Assembly: GCA_047602405.1 (NCBI GenBank)
Contig: JASGHJ010000001.1
Coordinates: 1,952,001-2,016,000, forward strand
Reading direction: 5' to 3'
Length of the DNA stretch: 64,000 nt
DNA from: Anaeromyxobacteraceae bacterium
GTDB lineage: Bacteria > Myxococcota > Myxococcia > Myxococcales > Anaeromyxobacteraceae
Shown piece after piece: positions 10,140-21,841 of the stretch (position 1 is the first letter of the stretch; each line of letters starts with the position of its first letter). A program made the translations under genes and the position numbers. Under the pieces are notes generated by a model, which was not told where the DNA came from, searched no databases, and was given only the letters and a program-made list of their open reading frames with translations.

Positions 10140-10946
10140 GTGGTCGACCCCGCCCAGAAGCCCGCGTCCCCCGCCCGCCGCGCCCTCGTGCCCCGGGAGC
10201 ACGGCGCGTGGGGCCAGCTCGCGATGCCGCTCCTCGGCGGGCTCCTGCTCGGCCGCCCCGCGGTCGCCTCCGCCGCGCTCGCCGCCGCGGTGGTGCTCGC
10301 GTTCCTCGCGCACGAGCCGCTCCTCGTCGTGCTCGGCCAGCGGGGCAAGCGCCTCCGGGACGAGGAGGGCGCCCGCGCCCGGCGCTGGCTCGCGCTCGAG
10401 GGCGCCGCCGCGGCCGCCTGCGGCGCGCTCGGCCTCTGGCTCGCACCGCCGCTCGCGCGCGCCGTGCTCGGCGCGGCGGCCGCGCTCGGCGCGGTGGTCG
10501 CGGTCCTGGTCTCGCGCAAGCTCGAGAAGACCGCCCCCGGCGAGCTCACCGTGATCGCCGCGCTCTCCACCGCGGGCGGCGCGGTCGCGCTCGCCGGCGG
10601 CGCGGCGCCCGAGGTGGCGCTCGCCGCGACGCTCGCCTGGATCCTCTCGTTCGGGGCGGCGACCTTCGGCGTCCGCGCCGTGCTCGCCCGGCTCCGGTCG
10701 AAGGGCGCCGAGGACCCCGGCACGCGCCAGGCGGCGCTCGCGGCCGGCTGTGGCGCCGTCGCGTTCGGCCTCGCGGTGGCGGGCCTCCCGCCCGCGCTCG
10801 CCTGGGCGACCCTGCCCGGGGTGGTGGCGGGCGTCGCGATCGCGCTCGCCCGGCGGGCCACCGGCAAGGCGCTGAAGCCGGTGGGCTGGAGCATCGTCGC
10901 CGTCTCGGTGCTCACGCTGGGCGTGCTCGTGGTCGGGCTGCGGTAG
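10140..10946 (+). CDS. YwiC-like membrane protein
   Basis: N-terminal PREHGAW signature; multiple TM helices. Confidence 0.8.
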   Translation: MVDPAQKPASPARRALVPREHGAWGQLAMPLLGGLLLGRPAVASAALAAAVVLAFLAHEPLLVVLGQRGKRLRDEEGARARRWLALEGAAAAACGALGLWLAPPLARAVLGAAAALGAVVAVLVSRKLEKTAPGELTVIAALSTAGGAVALAGGAAPEVALAATLAWILSFGAATFGVRAVLARLRSKGAEDPGTRQAALAAGCGAVAFGLAVAGLPPALAWATLPGVVAGVAIALARRATGKALKPVGWSIVAVSVLTLGVLVVGLR

Positions 10947-10958
10947 ACTCCGCCCGCC

Positions 10959-11918
<960 letters not shown>

Positions 11919-11993
11919 CGCCCCGGGCGGGCCTTGCGCGGCAGGGCGCGGCCCCGGAATGACCTCCCCGGGCCACCGGGGAGGGCCCGAGCG

Positions 11994-12410
11994 ATGACCG
12001 AGACCCACGCCTGGAACGCGCAGCTCGAACTCGGCCACGAGGCGATGGACCACGAGCACCACCTGCAGATCGCGCTGGTGTCCGCGTTCATCGAGGCCGT
12101 CGAGCAGGCCCGACCCGCGCTCGCGCGCCAGCTCGTCGACCAGCTCGAGCGCTACAGCGTGGTGCACTTCGGCTCGGAGGAGCTGCTCATGGACGCGACC
12201 GGCTACGCCGGCCGGGTCCGGCACGCGGGCGAGCACGCCGAGTTCCTCACCCAGATCCGCGGCCTCGCGGGCGACCTCGACGCGGGCGCGACCGACCCCG
12301 CCATCGCGAGCGCCATCGACCTGCGCGCCGCGCTCGCCGCGCACATGAACGAGGCGGACCGCCGCCTCGCCGGCCACGTCACGCCGCGGACGGTCGTCCG
12401 CGGGAGCTGA
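11994..12410 (+). CDS. Bacteriohemerythrin
   Basis: MDHEH...HFGSEE...HAGEH...HMNEAD. Confidence 0.88.
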   Translation: MTETHAWNAQLELGHEAMDHEHHLQIALVSAFIEAVEQARPALARQLVDQLERYSVVHFGSEELLMDATGYAGRVRHAGEHAEFLTQIRGLAGDLDAGATDPAIASAIDLRAALAAHMNEADRRLAGHVTPRTVVRGS

Positions 12411-13503
12411 CCCGCCGCGCGAGCGCGGCCACCGCCGCCGGCGCGAACGCAGCCGAGACCGCGAGCGGCGCCAGCGCCAGCACGAGGTACTGCGGCCACT
12501 TCGTCTTCCACCAGAGCAGGAACGCGAACGACACGAGCGCCTGGATCGCCCACACCGGGCGCCGGCGCAGCGCCACCGGCAGGCCGACCACGGCGAGCGG
12601 GAGGAGCGCCACCGTGACCTTCCCGAGCGGGAAGACGCCCGCGTGCCAGCGGGTGGGCGCGGCCTCGAACAGCCAGACCACCTGCTGGTACCAGGGCAGG
12701 CCCGCGCGCTTCACGTGCTCGCTCTCGCCGTAGGCGAAGTGGTAGCTCGCCGACGCCCAGAGGCGGCCCGCCGGGTCGGGCCAGAGGTACGGATCGAGCG
12801 CCACGAACGCGGCGAGCGACACCGCGCCGAGCCCGGCCCACAGGAGCGGCCGGCGCGGGAACGCGACGAGCGCGAGCGGGGAGAGCGCGAGCACGCCGAC
12901 CGCGCCGAAGGGGTACTTGCCCGCGGCGGCCGCGCCGAGGAGCGCGAACGCGGCGAGCGCGAGCCTCGCGTCCGGGTCCTCGCGCCGCGCGGCGCCGCCC
13001 CGGCGCGTCGCGCGTTCGAAGAGGAGCAGCGCGAGCACGAAGAGCAGGCCGGGCAGGCCCTCGAGGTAGGCCTGGGCGGTGTACTTCGCGTGGTAGCAGT
13101 CGAGCGCGAGGAGGAGCCCGGCGAGCGGGTGCACCGCCGCGGCGACCGCCACCTGGCCGACGCCCGGCACCGCCGAGGCCCAGCGGGCCGCCGTGAAGGC
13201 CGGGCGCGCCGCCTCGGGCGTGGGGCGGCCGATGTCGATCCGCGCCCAGTCCGGCTCGGGCGCGGCCGCCGCCTTCACCGCGAGCCCGTACGTGAGCTTC
13301 ACGAGCGGCGGGTGCTCGGCGTTCTTCGTGACGTCCGGGATCTCGCCCCAGCGCCCGGGCGCCATCCGCTCGGCGTAGCGGTAGCCGGACGGGATGTAGT
13401 CCATCTCGTCGAAGTCCGGCGGGAGGCGCTCCACCGCGCGGCCCCGCTGCCAGGCCGCGACGGCGACGGCCAGGAGGCCGGCGGCGAGGTGTGCGCGCCT
13501 CAG
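12379..13503 (-). CDS. Polytopic GT-C-like (PMT/ArnT-type) membrane glycosyltransferase; start uncertain (CTG 13503 or GTG 13434)
   Basis: DFDE after first TM, NAEHPPLVK, multiple TMs; frame stays open upstream to a CTG overlapping the cupin stop. Confidence 0.6.
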   Translation of the reverse strand: MRRAHLAAGLLAVAVAAWQRGRAVERLPPDFDEMDYIPSGYRYAERMAPGRWGEIPDVTKNAEHPPLVKLTYGLAVKAAAAPEPDWARIDIGRPTPEAARPAFTAARWASAVPGVGQVAVAAAVHPLAGLLLALDCYHAKYTAQAYLEGLPGLLFVLALLLFERATRRGGAARREDPDARLALAAFALLGAAAAGKYPFGAVGVLALSPLALVAFPRRPLLWAGLGAVSLAAFVALDPYLWPDPAGRLWASASYHFAYGESEHVKRAGLPWYQQVVWLFEAAPTRWHAGVFPLGKVTVALLPLAVVGLPVALRRRPVWAIQALVSFAFLLWWKTKWPQYLVLALAPLAVSAAFAPAAVAALARRVSSRGRPSAA

Positions 13504-13880
13504 GGGGGCGTCACCGGCACGCCGGCGGTCTGCTCGCCGCCCTCGGGCCCGTAGAAGAACACCCAGGTGAAGAAGTCCTCGGTGAAGTCCTCGAACCGGT
13601 GCTCCTCGCCGGTCGCGGCGAAGAGCACGTCACCCGGCTTGAACGCCACGCGCTTCTCGCCGCAGACGTAGGAGCCGGTGCCCTTGATCACGACGTAGAT
13701 CTCGTCGCGCGTGTGCGGGCGCTGCGTGTCGCGCCCCCGGGGCGCGAAGACCTGGAGCTGCAGCGAGCCATGCCGGAACAGGATCGCGTAGCGCTTGCCG
13801 CCGGCCCGGGGGAGCTGGGCGATGGCGGCGGCGGCGGTCACCTGCCGCTCGGCGTCGAAGACATCGAAGAGTTCCGACAT
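13500..13880 (-). CDS. Cupin domain protein
   Basis: QRPHTRDEIYVVIKG...PGDVLF...EHRF. Confidence 0.85.
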   Translation of the reverse strand: MSELFDVFDAERQVTAAAAIAQLPRAGGKRYAILFRHGSLQLQVFAPRGRDTQRPHTRDEIYVVIKGTGSYVCGEKRVAFKPGDVLFAATGEEHRFEDFTEDFFTWVFFYGPEGGEQTAGVPVTPP

Positions 13881-13930
13881 GGTGCGAACGTCCTCCGGCG
13901 CGGAGTGTAGCGAAGGTTCCCGCGGGCCGG

Positions 13931-13969
13931 GAGAAAGAGAAGACCCGCGTCGCTCGCGCGGCGCGGGTC
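13931..13969 (-). terminator. Putative intrinsic terminator
   Basis: GACCCGCG...CGCGGGTC hairpin followed by TTCTCTTTC on the minus strand. Confidence 0.55.
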
Positions 13970-13995
13970 CGTGAGCCTCGAGGCGCGGGCCGGCT

Positions 13996-14508
13996 CTAGA
14001 AGGCCGACCACTCCACCTCGACGTCGATCAGGACCTCGACGGTGATGTGGGTCTTCGCGCCCCCCGGCGTCGGCGTGGCGGTGTACGCGACCGTGAGGGC
14101 GCCGTCGCCCTTGAGGGCGTTCTTCAGGATCGTGGCGGTCTGGTCGAGGTTCTGGGCGGCGTGCACGCTGCCCACGGCGACGGTCGCGGTGCCCGCGGCG
14201 AAGGTCACGTTGCCGCTCGCGCCGGTGAGCTTCGCGTCGCCGGCGACGCTCGTCGCGGTGTTGTCGCCGTGAACCTGGCGGATGACCGCGGTCGCGCTGG
14301 TGATGGTCGCGTCCTTGATCTTGTTCCTGTACTTCCACGCGTCGCCGGCGATGTCCTTCAGGTTCACCGCCACCGAGTTGGTCGCGGCGCCGGTGCCGTT
14401 GACCTCGATCTGCTCGGAGATGGTGAAGCTCTGGGTGCCGCTGCAGCCGGCGACGAACGAGAGGGCGAGGGCGCCGAGCGCGGCGCGTGCAATGGCGGTG
14501 AGCTTCAT
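13996..14508 (-). CDS. Hypothetical lipoprotein
   Basis: MKLTAIAR...FVAGC lipobox; AGGAG RBS. Confidence 0.75.
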   Translation of the reverse strand: MKLTAIARAALGALALSFVAGCSGTQSFTISEQIEVNGTGAATNSVAVNLKDIAGDAWKYRNKIKDATITSATAVIRQVHGDNTATSVAGDAKLTGASGNVTFAAGTATVAVGSVHAAQNLDQTATILKNALKGDGALTVAYTATPTPGGAKTHITVEVLIDVEVEWSAF

Positions 14509-14649
14509 CTGGATCTCCTGTGAGGCGGAGCAGGGGAACGAACGCTTCATCTTCCCGGAAGCGAGGGCGAGATGCACACCCGGCGATCGGGGGACACCAC
14601 CCCGGGCCCGGTTCCCGCGGGCCACCCCGGGCGGGGCGGTGGGTGAGCC

Positions 14650-15601
14650 TCACCGCGTGTGGGCCGCGGAATCCATCCAGACTTCGAGGCCCTGCGCGTT
14701 CAGCTCGAGGTCGTTCCCGTACAGGGCCAGCGCCTCTTCCCTCCCCAGGGGGCTGCCCTGGGCCGCGAGCCCCGCGAGGAGGAGGTGCCCGAGGCCCTCC
14801 ACGATGGCGTCGTGGCGGCCGGGGCCCGACGGCGCGGCGCGCGCGACGGCCACGTGCCCGTCGAGCAGCCGGTGCAGGGCCGCGCCCGCGGCGGCGAGGT
14901 CGCCCGTCACCGCGCCGAAGTGCGTGAGGTAGAGCCGCTCCGGGCGCTGCCCGAGGATCCGATTCGAAGGTCGCGTGCAGCGCCGGCGGGTCGAGCTGCA
15001 CGGGCGTCGTCGTGGGGAAGAAGCACGGCCCGCGCGGTCCGTCCGCCTGCCGGTAGGAGAGGCCGAAGGAGTCGCCGGTGAAGACGCCGCGGGAGCGGTC
15101 GTCGACCACGACGAAGTGGTGGCGCGCGTGCCCGGGTGCGTCGAGGAAGGTGAGCGTGCGGCCGCCGAGGTCCACCGAGGCCCCGTCCGCGGGCTCGAGC
15201 ACGCGCTCCCTCGGCACCGGCACGAGCTCCCCGTAGAGCGCGCGGTACTTCTCCTCGCCGTACACGGCGATGCTGCCCGCGACGAGCTTCGCCGGGTCGA
15301 CGAGGTGGCGCGCGCCCTTCGGGTGCGCGACGAGCGTCGCGCCCGGCAGGGCCTGGACGAGCGCGCCCGCGCCGCCGGCGTGGTCGAGGTGGACGTGGGT
15401 GACGACGACGTGGCTCACCGCCTCGCGCGCGACGCCGAGCGCGTCGAGGGTGGCGAGGATGCGAGGGACCGAGGAGGTGACGCCCGTCTCGACGATCGCC
15501 GTCGAGCGGTCGCCGCGGACCACGTAGGCCGCGGCGACCCGCGGCCCCGTGTAGTGGGTGTCGACGAGGAAGACGCCCGGGCCGGCCTCGAGGAGGTCCA
15601 T
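14650..15601 (-). CDS. MBL-fold metallo-hydrolase; +1 frameshift at ~14963
   Basis: THVHLDHAGG, PGHARHH, FTGD; C-terminal LTHFG in the shifted frame. Confidence 0.85.
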
Positions 15602-15620
15602 GCCCGGGAGTCTATGTCGC

Positions 15621-17036
15621 CTAGGGCTTGAGCGCCTTGAGGACGGAGGGGTCCTTCTCCTCCTGCGCGAGCACGGCGTGGCAGAGGTCGCAGTCCTGCT
15701 TGATGACCTTGCCGTCCTCCGCCTTGTGCTCGTCGTCATGGCAGCGGAAGCAGCCCGGGGTCTCCTCGTGGCCGATCTTCGAGGCGTAGGTGCCCCAGCC
15801 GATCTTCATGTTCGGCCAGATGTTCCAGCCGTAGATGTCGCCCACCGCCTCGGCCGTGGCGTCCACCGCCTTCGCGCGGCCGTCGAACGTGGCCGGGTCG
15901 AGCGTGCGGTAGAAGCCGACGAGCGCCTCGCGGATCTTCACCTTCGCGTCCTCGCGGGAGACGTAGTCGGCCTTGAGCGCCTTCACCGCCTCGCGGCGGA
16001 CGAACGGCAGGCTCCGGTCGATGCGGCCGGACTGGATCGCGAGATCGATCTCGACGCCCGGCTGGCGGAAGCGGTGCGACGCGCGGTTGTGGCAGTCGAC
16101 GCAGTCCATCGTGCGCCACGCCGCCTCGCCCGGGTCGGCGGCCGGCGAGTCCTTGGTCTTGAAGACGCGGCGCTGGCCGTCCGGGAAGATCGACTCGACG
16201 GTGGTGATGTTCTTGCGCTCCGGGTCGGAGAGGTAGCGGACCTGCACGCCGGGGGCGACGTGGGCGTGGATGCCGCTCGGGCGGCCCACCGCCGCGTCGG
16301 CGCCGCCGACGTGCATGAGGAGGACGGTCTTCTGCTCGCTGTTCTGCTCGTCCTCCGCGAAGACCGTCTTCACGAGGAGCCGGTCGCCGGCGAACTTCGC
16401 GGGCCAGTGGCAGGCCTCGCAGGTCTCGCGGGCGGGGCGCAGCGCGTGGACCGGGGTGGGGATGGGCTTCGAGTACAGATTGAAGGTGACCGACACGAGC
16501 TGCCACGCGCCGGAGAGCTTCGACTTCACGAACCACGAGGCGCCCGGGCCGATGTGACACTCGACGCACGCGACGCGCGCGTGCGGGGAGCGCTGGTAGG
16601 CGGTGTACTCGGGGTCCATCACCTTGTGGCAGGTCTTGCCGCAGAAGCCCGGGCTCTCCATCACGTGGAAGCCCTGGTAGCCGGCGAAGGCGACGATCAC
16701 GACGTTGACCGCGGTGATCGCGACGAAGGCGACGACCTTCTTGCGCGTCGAGCCCTCGTTGAGGTCGATGACCGGCAGCTCCGGCGCGGCGACGCCGAGC
16801 TCGGCCGCGCGCCGCGCGGCGCGGCGGGAGAGCCAGGAGCCGACGGGGATGAGGAGCAGCCCGCCGACGAAGAACATCGGCAGCACCAGGTACGCGATGA
16901 TGCCGATGTAGGGGCTTCCCGCGAAGCCGAAGAGCCCGGCGAGCGCGAGCCCGACGATCAGGACGCCGGAGACGATCGCCATCGACGCGCCCAGCAGCCC
17001 GAGCAGGTTCCGGGGAGCCCGTCCGTCCGTCGCCAT
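15621..17036 (-). CDS. Membrane-anchored multihaem cytochrome c (NapC/NirT-like N-domain)
   Basis: Three TMs; CGKTCH, CVECH, CEACH, CVDCH, CFRCH, CDLCH; GGAGG RBS. Confidence 0.88.
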   Translation of the reverse strand: MATDGRAPRNLLGLLGASMAIVSGVLIVGLALAGLFGFAGSPYIGIIAYLVLPMFFVGGLLLIPVGSWLSRRAARRAAELGVAAPELPVIDLNEGSTRKKVVAFVAITAVNVVIVAFAGYQGFHVMESPGFCGKTCHKVMDPEYTAYQRSPHARVACVECHIGPGASWFVKSKLSGAWQLVSVTFNLYSKPIPTPVHALRPARETCEACHWPAKFAGDRLLVKTVFAEDEQNSEQKTVLLMHVGGADAAVGRPSGIHAHVAPGVQVRYLSDPERKNITTVESIFPDGQRRVFKTKDSPAADPGEAAWRTMDCVDCHNRASHRFRQPGVEIDLAIQSGRIDRSLPFVRREAVKALKADYVSREDAKVKIREALVGFYRTLDPATFDGRAKAVDATAEAVGDIYGWNIWPNMKIGWGTYASKIGHEETPGCFRCHDDEHKAEDGKVIKQDCDLCHAVLAQEEKDPSVLKALKP

Positions 17037-17242
17037 CTTGTCTTCCTCCAGTGGCCGCCGGGTGCGGCCGCGGGCCTCGCGAGGGGAGGCACCGAGAAAC
17101 GCGCGCATCAGACAGCATCGCTCCGAGGACGGCAAGAGCGCTGCGCGCCTCCGCGCACCCGCGCCGCATCAAATCGCGCTTGGATCGCGCAAGGATTGCG
17201 CCGCAGCGCGGCGCAGCGGGTCGGCGCGCAAAGCCCGCGCGG

Positions 17243-18742
17243 CTACCGCCACGCCTCCCAGTCGATGTTCCGCATGTCACCGTCGGTGAGGAACTTCCGG
17301 TGCATGGCGAAGGCGAGGCTGAGCGACTGCGGCTCGTGCCCCTCCTTCACGAGGCGCAGGTACTGGCGGAGCTGGTCGCGGTAGGCGGGGTGGGCGCAGT
17401 GGTCGATGACGAGCTGCGCACGCTCGTGCGGGTCGCGGCCGCGCAGGTCGGCCACGCCCTGCTCGGTCACGACGATCTGCACCGAGTGCTCGCTGTGGTC
17501 CATGTGCGAGCAGAGCGGGACGATGGTCGAGATCTTCCCGGCCTTCGCGGTGGAGGGGCAGGAGAAGATCGAGAGGTACGCGTTGCGGGTGAAGTCGCCC
17601 GAGCCGCCGATGCCGTTCATCATCTGGCGGCCCACCACGTGGGTGGAGTTCACGTTGCCGCCGAGGTCGACCTCGATGGCGGTGTTCATCGAGACGATGC
17701 CGAGCCGGCGCACGACCTCGGGGTGGTTCGTGATCTCCTGCGGCCGCATCAGGATGCGGTCGTGGAAGACCTCGGGGTGGTCGTTGACGCGCGCGAGCGC
17801 GGCATCGGAGAGGGTGAGCGCGCAGGTCGACGCGAACGTGCAGCGGCCGGACTCGAGCAGCGGCACCACCGAGTCCTGCAGCACCTCGGTGTACATCTCG
17901 AACGGAGGCACGTCCGGGTGGGCGCCGAGCGCGGCGAGCACCGAGTTCGCGATGTCGCCGACGCCGGACTGCAGCGGGAGGAAGGTGGGCGGGATGCGCC
18001 CGGCCCGCATCTCGCCGACCAGGAACTCGGCGACGTGCTCGCCGATCTTCGTGGTCTCCGGCGTGGACGGCGAGAACCCGGCCGTCTCGTCGGGCATGCG
18101 GGTGAGCACCACGCCGGCGATCTTCTTCGGGTCGACGAGCAGGATCGGCGAGCCGATGCGGTCGGACGGCGCGAAGATCGGGATCTCCTGGCGCGCGGGC
18201 GGGTCCTTCGGCTCGAAGATGTCGTGCATGCCGAGCAGGCTGGCCGGCTGCGCCGAGTTGAGCTCGATGAGGATCTTGTCGGCCTTGCTCGCGAAGGTCG
18301 GGGTGGCGCCGACCGACGTGGTGAGCACGAGCCCGCCGCCGTGGGTGACGTCGCAGACCTCGATCACCGCCCAGTGCACCGGGCCGAGGAAGCCGTAGCG
18401 GACGTTCTGCGGGAACGCCGACAGGTGCATGTCGACGAACCGGACCTTGCCCGAGTTGATCTGCGAGCGGAGCAGCGGGTCGGACTGGTACGGGGTGCGG
18501 AAGCGCACGGCCTCCGCCGCGGCGAGCGCGCCGTCGAGCGAGGTGCCCGTCGAGGCCCCGGTCAGCACGCCGATCTGGAAGGGGCGTCCCGAGCGGTGCT
18601 CCTCGCGGGCACGATCGGCGATGGCCTTCGGGATCGCCTTCGCGGAGCCCGCGGCGGTGAACCCGCTGAAGCCGATGGTCTGGCCGTGCTGCACCAGCGT
18701 GGCGGCCTCGTCGGCCGAGAGGATCGGGTACGGGAACGGCAT
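17243..18742 (-). CDS. Acetyl-CoA hydrolase / succinate CoA-transferase
   Basis: GFSGFT, TGAST, LQSGVG, MYTEVLQD, NGIGGSGDF, VTEQGVADLRG. Confidence 0.9.
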   Translation of the reverse strand: MPFPYPILSADEAATLVQHGQTIGFSGFTAAGSAKAIPKAIADRAREEHRSGRPFQIGVLTGASTGTSLDGALAAAEAVRFRTPYQSDPLLRSQINSGKVRFVDMHLSAFPQNVRYGFLGPVHWAVIEVCDVTHGGGLVLTTSVGATPTFASKADKILIELNSAQPASLLGMHDIFEPKDPPARQEIPIFAPSDRIGSPILLVDPKKIAGVVLTRMPDETAGFSPSTPETTKIGEHVAEFLVGEMRAGRIPPTFLPLQSGVGDIANSVLAALGAHPDVPPFEMYTEVLQDSVVPLLESGRCTFASTCALTLSDAALARVNDHPEVFHDRILMRPQEITNHPEVVRRLGIVSMNTAIEVDLGGNVNSTHVVGRQMMNGIGGSGDFTRNAYLSIFSCPSTAKAGKISTIVPLCSHMDHSEHSVQIVVTEQGVADLRGRDPHERAQLVIDHCAHPAYRDQLRQYLRLVKEGHEPQSLSLAFAMHRKFLTDGDMRNIDWEAWR

Positions 18743-19199
18743 CGCGCCTCCTCGGGGTCGGACGCCCGCCTGGAAAATGCGGCAGCGGGCCCGCCCGCGC
18801 GGAACGTTTACCACCGCTTCGGCCGGGTCGCGACGACGCGTGAATGAACGTCCTTGCAGGTGGCGCGGCGTACGCGCTCGGCGGGTCGAATGCTCCGCGG
18901 GCGCACGCGGGGTCCGGACGACGTGGGACGGATGACGGACGGACGGCACGCCCGCGGCCATCCGCGTGCACCGCCGGGGAGGGTCGGACCTCCGCCCACG
19001 TGAACGCCGGCGCAGGGCGGCCGGGAGAAGGGGGGAGGCACGAGCGGGGGACACGCGGGCGGCTTGACGGTGTGTGAACCGGTTCGCGGCGCGCTCGACG
19101 GGGCCTCGCGAAGGTGGGAACCGCGGTGCCGGTTTGTCCTCCGCCCGAAGCCTCCTGTCAGGACGGCCACTTGGGGTGGTTGCGGGCGAGCGGCCGGTA

Positions 19200-19220
19200 T
19201 GATATCAATGTGCTATTGAT
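19200..19220. promoter_or_regulatory. AT-rich palindromic operator upstream of the SPFH-RHH operon
   Basis: TGATATCA palindrome overlapping ATCAAT-N5-ATTGAT, just before the AGGAGG RBS. Confidence 0.5.
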
Positions 19221-19242
19221 TCGATAGGAGGGACGCACCGTG

Positions 19243-20142
19243 ATGACCGAGACTCCCCGCAGGTCCCAGACCACGATCCAGGAGAAGGTCCGCCGTCCGA
19301 CCTCGGGCTGGTCGGCGTTCGGGATCCTCGTGCCGGCCGTGCTCGTGACGTTCGCCGCGCTCATCGGCGCCGCCGCGCAGGGCGCGCCCGCACTCGTGGT
19401 GCTGCTCGTGCTGTGCCTCGGCTTCGAGGCGTTCATGTTCGCCGGGCTGTTCGTCGTGAACCCGAACCAGGCGAAGGTGCTCCAGCTGTTCGGCGAGTAC
19501 GTCGGCTCGGTCCGCCAGGCCGGCTTCCACTGGGCGAACCCGCTCTTCATGAAGCGCGGCGTGTCGCTCCGGGTGGTCTCGTTCGAGAGCGGCAAGCTCA
19601 AGGTGAACGACCTCGACGGCAACCCGGTCGAGATCGCCGCCATCATCGTGTGGAAGGTGGTCGACACCGCGCAGGCCGTGTTCCAGGTCGACGAGTACCG
19701 CGAGTACGTGAAGGTCCAGAGCGAGGCCGCGCTCCGCAACCTCGCCTCGCGCTACACCTACGACGCGCACGACGACAGCCACGTCTCGCTGCGCGGCCAC
19801 ACCGTCACCGTCGCGCAGGAGCTCCAGCGCGAGATCGACGAGCGCGTCCGGCTCGCCGGCGTGGACGTCATCGAGGCCCGCATCAGCCACCTCGCGTACG
19901 CCCCGGAGATCGCGCAGGCGATGCTGCAGCGCCAGCAGGCCGGCGCCATCATCGCCGCCCGCCAGAAGATCGTGGAGGGCGCGGTGGGCATGGTCGAGAT
20001 GGCCCTCGAGCGCCTCGCCCGAAACCAGGTCGTGCAGCTCGACGAGGAGCGCAAGGCCGCGATGGTCTCCAACCTGCTCGTGGTCCTGTGCGGCGAGCGC
20101 TCGCCGACGCCGGTCGTGAACGCGGGGACGCTGTACACGTAG
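19243..20142 (+). CDS. SPFH/band-7 domain membrane protein
   Basis: Two TMs; [42 protein letters not shown]. Confidence 0.9.
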   Translation: MTETPRRSQTTIQEKVRRPTSGWSAFGILVPAVLVTFAALIGAAAQGAPALVVLLVLCLGFEAFMFAGLFVVNPNQAKVLQLFGEYVGSVRQAGFHWANPLFMKRGVSLRVVSFESGKLKVNDLDGNPVEIAAIIVWKVVDTAQAVFQVDEYREYVKVQSEAALRNLASRYTYDAHDDSHVSLRGHTVTVAQELQREIDERVRLAGVDVIEARISHLAYAPEIAQAMLQRQQAGAIIAARQKIVEGAVGMVEMALERLARNQVVQLDEERKAAMVSNLLVVLCGERSPTPVVNAGTLYT

Positions 20143-20148
20143 GCGACC

Positions 20149-20307
20149 ATGGCGGAGCGCAAGGCCTTCCTGCTCCGGGTCGACCCCCGCCTCCTCGAGG
20201 CGCTCCAGCGGTGGGCGAACGACGATCTGCGATCGCTGAACGGGCAGATCGAGTTCCTGCTGAGAAGGGCGCTGAGAGAGGCGGGGAGAGAGGAGAAGAA
20301 GGATTAG
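20149..20307 (+). CDS. Arc-like ribbon-helix-helix protein (52 aa; not in the ORF track)
   Basis: [47 protein letters not shown]; usual partner of this SPFH subfamily. Confidence 0.85.
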   Translation: MAERKAFLLRVDPRLLEALQRWANDDLRSLNGQIEFLLRRALREAGREEKKD

Positions 20308-20487
20308 GATCAGGATCGGGATCAGTAGCAGGATCAGGATCAGGAGCAGGAGCAGGAGCGGGAGCAGGATCAGCAGAAGCAAGAGGAGCAGCAGGAGCAG
20401 CAGGAGCAAGAGGAGCAGGGGCAGCAGGGGCAGCAGGAGCGGGCATCAGCGTCGGCGTCAGCAGCGGCGTGAGCAGCAGCGTCAGCG
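20301..20487. repeat. Left arm: degenerate GGA(G/T)CA hexamer and GGAGCAGCA repeats
   Basis: Twelve hexamer units at 20301-20372, then 9-mer variants. Confidence 0.9.
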
Positions 20488-20811
20488 TCAGCGCGTCATC
20501 GTCCAGAGCATCGCGCAGAGCTCGTCGCAGAGGCCGAGGGCTGCCTGCACCGAGTCGTGCTCGACGTGGCCCCAGGCGACGGCGACGCGCAGCGCGGTCC
20601 GGGCCTCTTCGGCGCTGCCGCTCGCGACCTTCCAGTGCTGGAGGCGGTCCTTGCCGGTCCGCTTCCGTCCTTCGCCCAGGTTGAGGGCGATGGACGTCGC
20701 TGCTCGGCGCAGCTGGTCGGCAAGGTCCGGGTCCCGGGAGGTCAACGAGGCAGCGTGCGGCCGAAGGGTCTCGATGAGCTGGACCGCCCTGTCGAGCGCG
20801 ACGAAGGTCAT
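20488..20811 (-). CDS. Four-helix-bundle protein (23S rRNA IVS-protein / Avd-like family)
   Basis: DQLRRAATSIALNLGEG...ASGSAEE signature, 107 aa. Confidence 0.88.
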   Translation of the reverse strand: MTFVALDRAVQLIETLRPHAASLTSRDPDLADQLRRAATSIALNLGEGRKRTGKDRLQHWKVASGSAEEARTALRVAVAWGHVEHDSVQAALGLCDELCAMLWTMTR

Positions 20812-20917
20812 GCCGCGTCTCGATTGCAGCCGCCGCGCCATGGCCAATCGCTTGATTTCCCGGATCTCGCCGGGCTGCCCCGGTCCGCGCATCGGCCGCA
20901 GGGTCCGCGTTTCGGCC

Positions 20918-21203
<286 letters not shown>

Positions 21204-21220
21204 CCCCCCGCCCCGTCCCT

Positions 21221-21802
21221 CTACGGCTGCAGCATCCTGACTCTCCACCCCCCGCCTTCCCGCTCGAACCTCTCCCGGAAGTGCAGCCTCCCCGCTCCTT
21301 CCTTCCACATCTCCACGGCCTCCGGCACGATCAGGTACCCTCCCCACCGCGGCGGCCGTGGCACCTCGACGCCCTGGAACCGCTTCTCCGCCCCGGCGAG
21401 CTGCGCCTCGAGCTCCGCCCGCGAGCCGATCTCCTCGCTCTGCCGCGACGCCCAGGCCCCGAGCTGGCTCGCCCGCGGCCGCGTCGCGAAGTACGCGTCC
21501 GACTCCGCGTCGGAGAGCTCCGCGACCGCTCCCTCCGCCCGCGCCTGCTCCGCGAGCGCCGGCCAGTGCAGCACGATCGCCGCCCACGGGTTCGCCGCGA
21601 GCTCCCGCGCCTTCCGCGAGTCGCGGTTCGTGAACACCGAGATCCCCCGCGGCTCGATGGCCTTCACGAGCACCATCCGCACCGACGGCCGCCCGCGGGC
21701 GTCGGCGGTCGCGAGGGCGGCCGCGGTCGGGTCCAGCGGGGACGCGGCGCGGGCACGTGAGAGGGCGTCGTTCAGGCGGGCGATCGGGTCGTGGGCGGTC
21801 AC
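21221..21802 (-). CDS. pdxH: Pyridoxamine 5'-phosphate oxidase
   Basis: PSVRMVLVK, FTNRDSRK, YFATRPRASQLGAWASRQS, PRWGGY, RLHFR. Confidence 0.93.
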   Translation of the reverse strand: MTAHDPIARLNDALSRARAASPLDPTAAALATADARGRPSVRMVLVKAIEPRGISVFTNRDSRKARELAANPWAAIVLHWPALAEQARAEGAVAELSDAESDAYFATRPRASQLGAWASRQSEEIGSRAELEAQLAGAEKRFQGVEVPRPPRWGGYLIVPEAVEMWKEGAGRLHFRERFEREGGGWRVRMLQP

Positions 21803-21841
21803 GACCGGTCATCTAGACGATGCGACGCCCCCGCGCACGTT

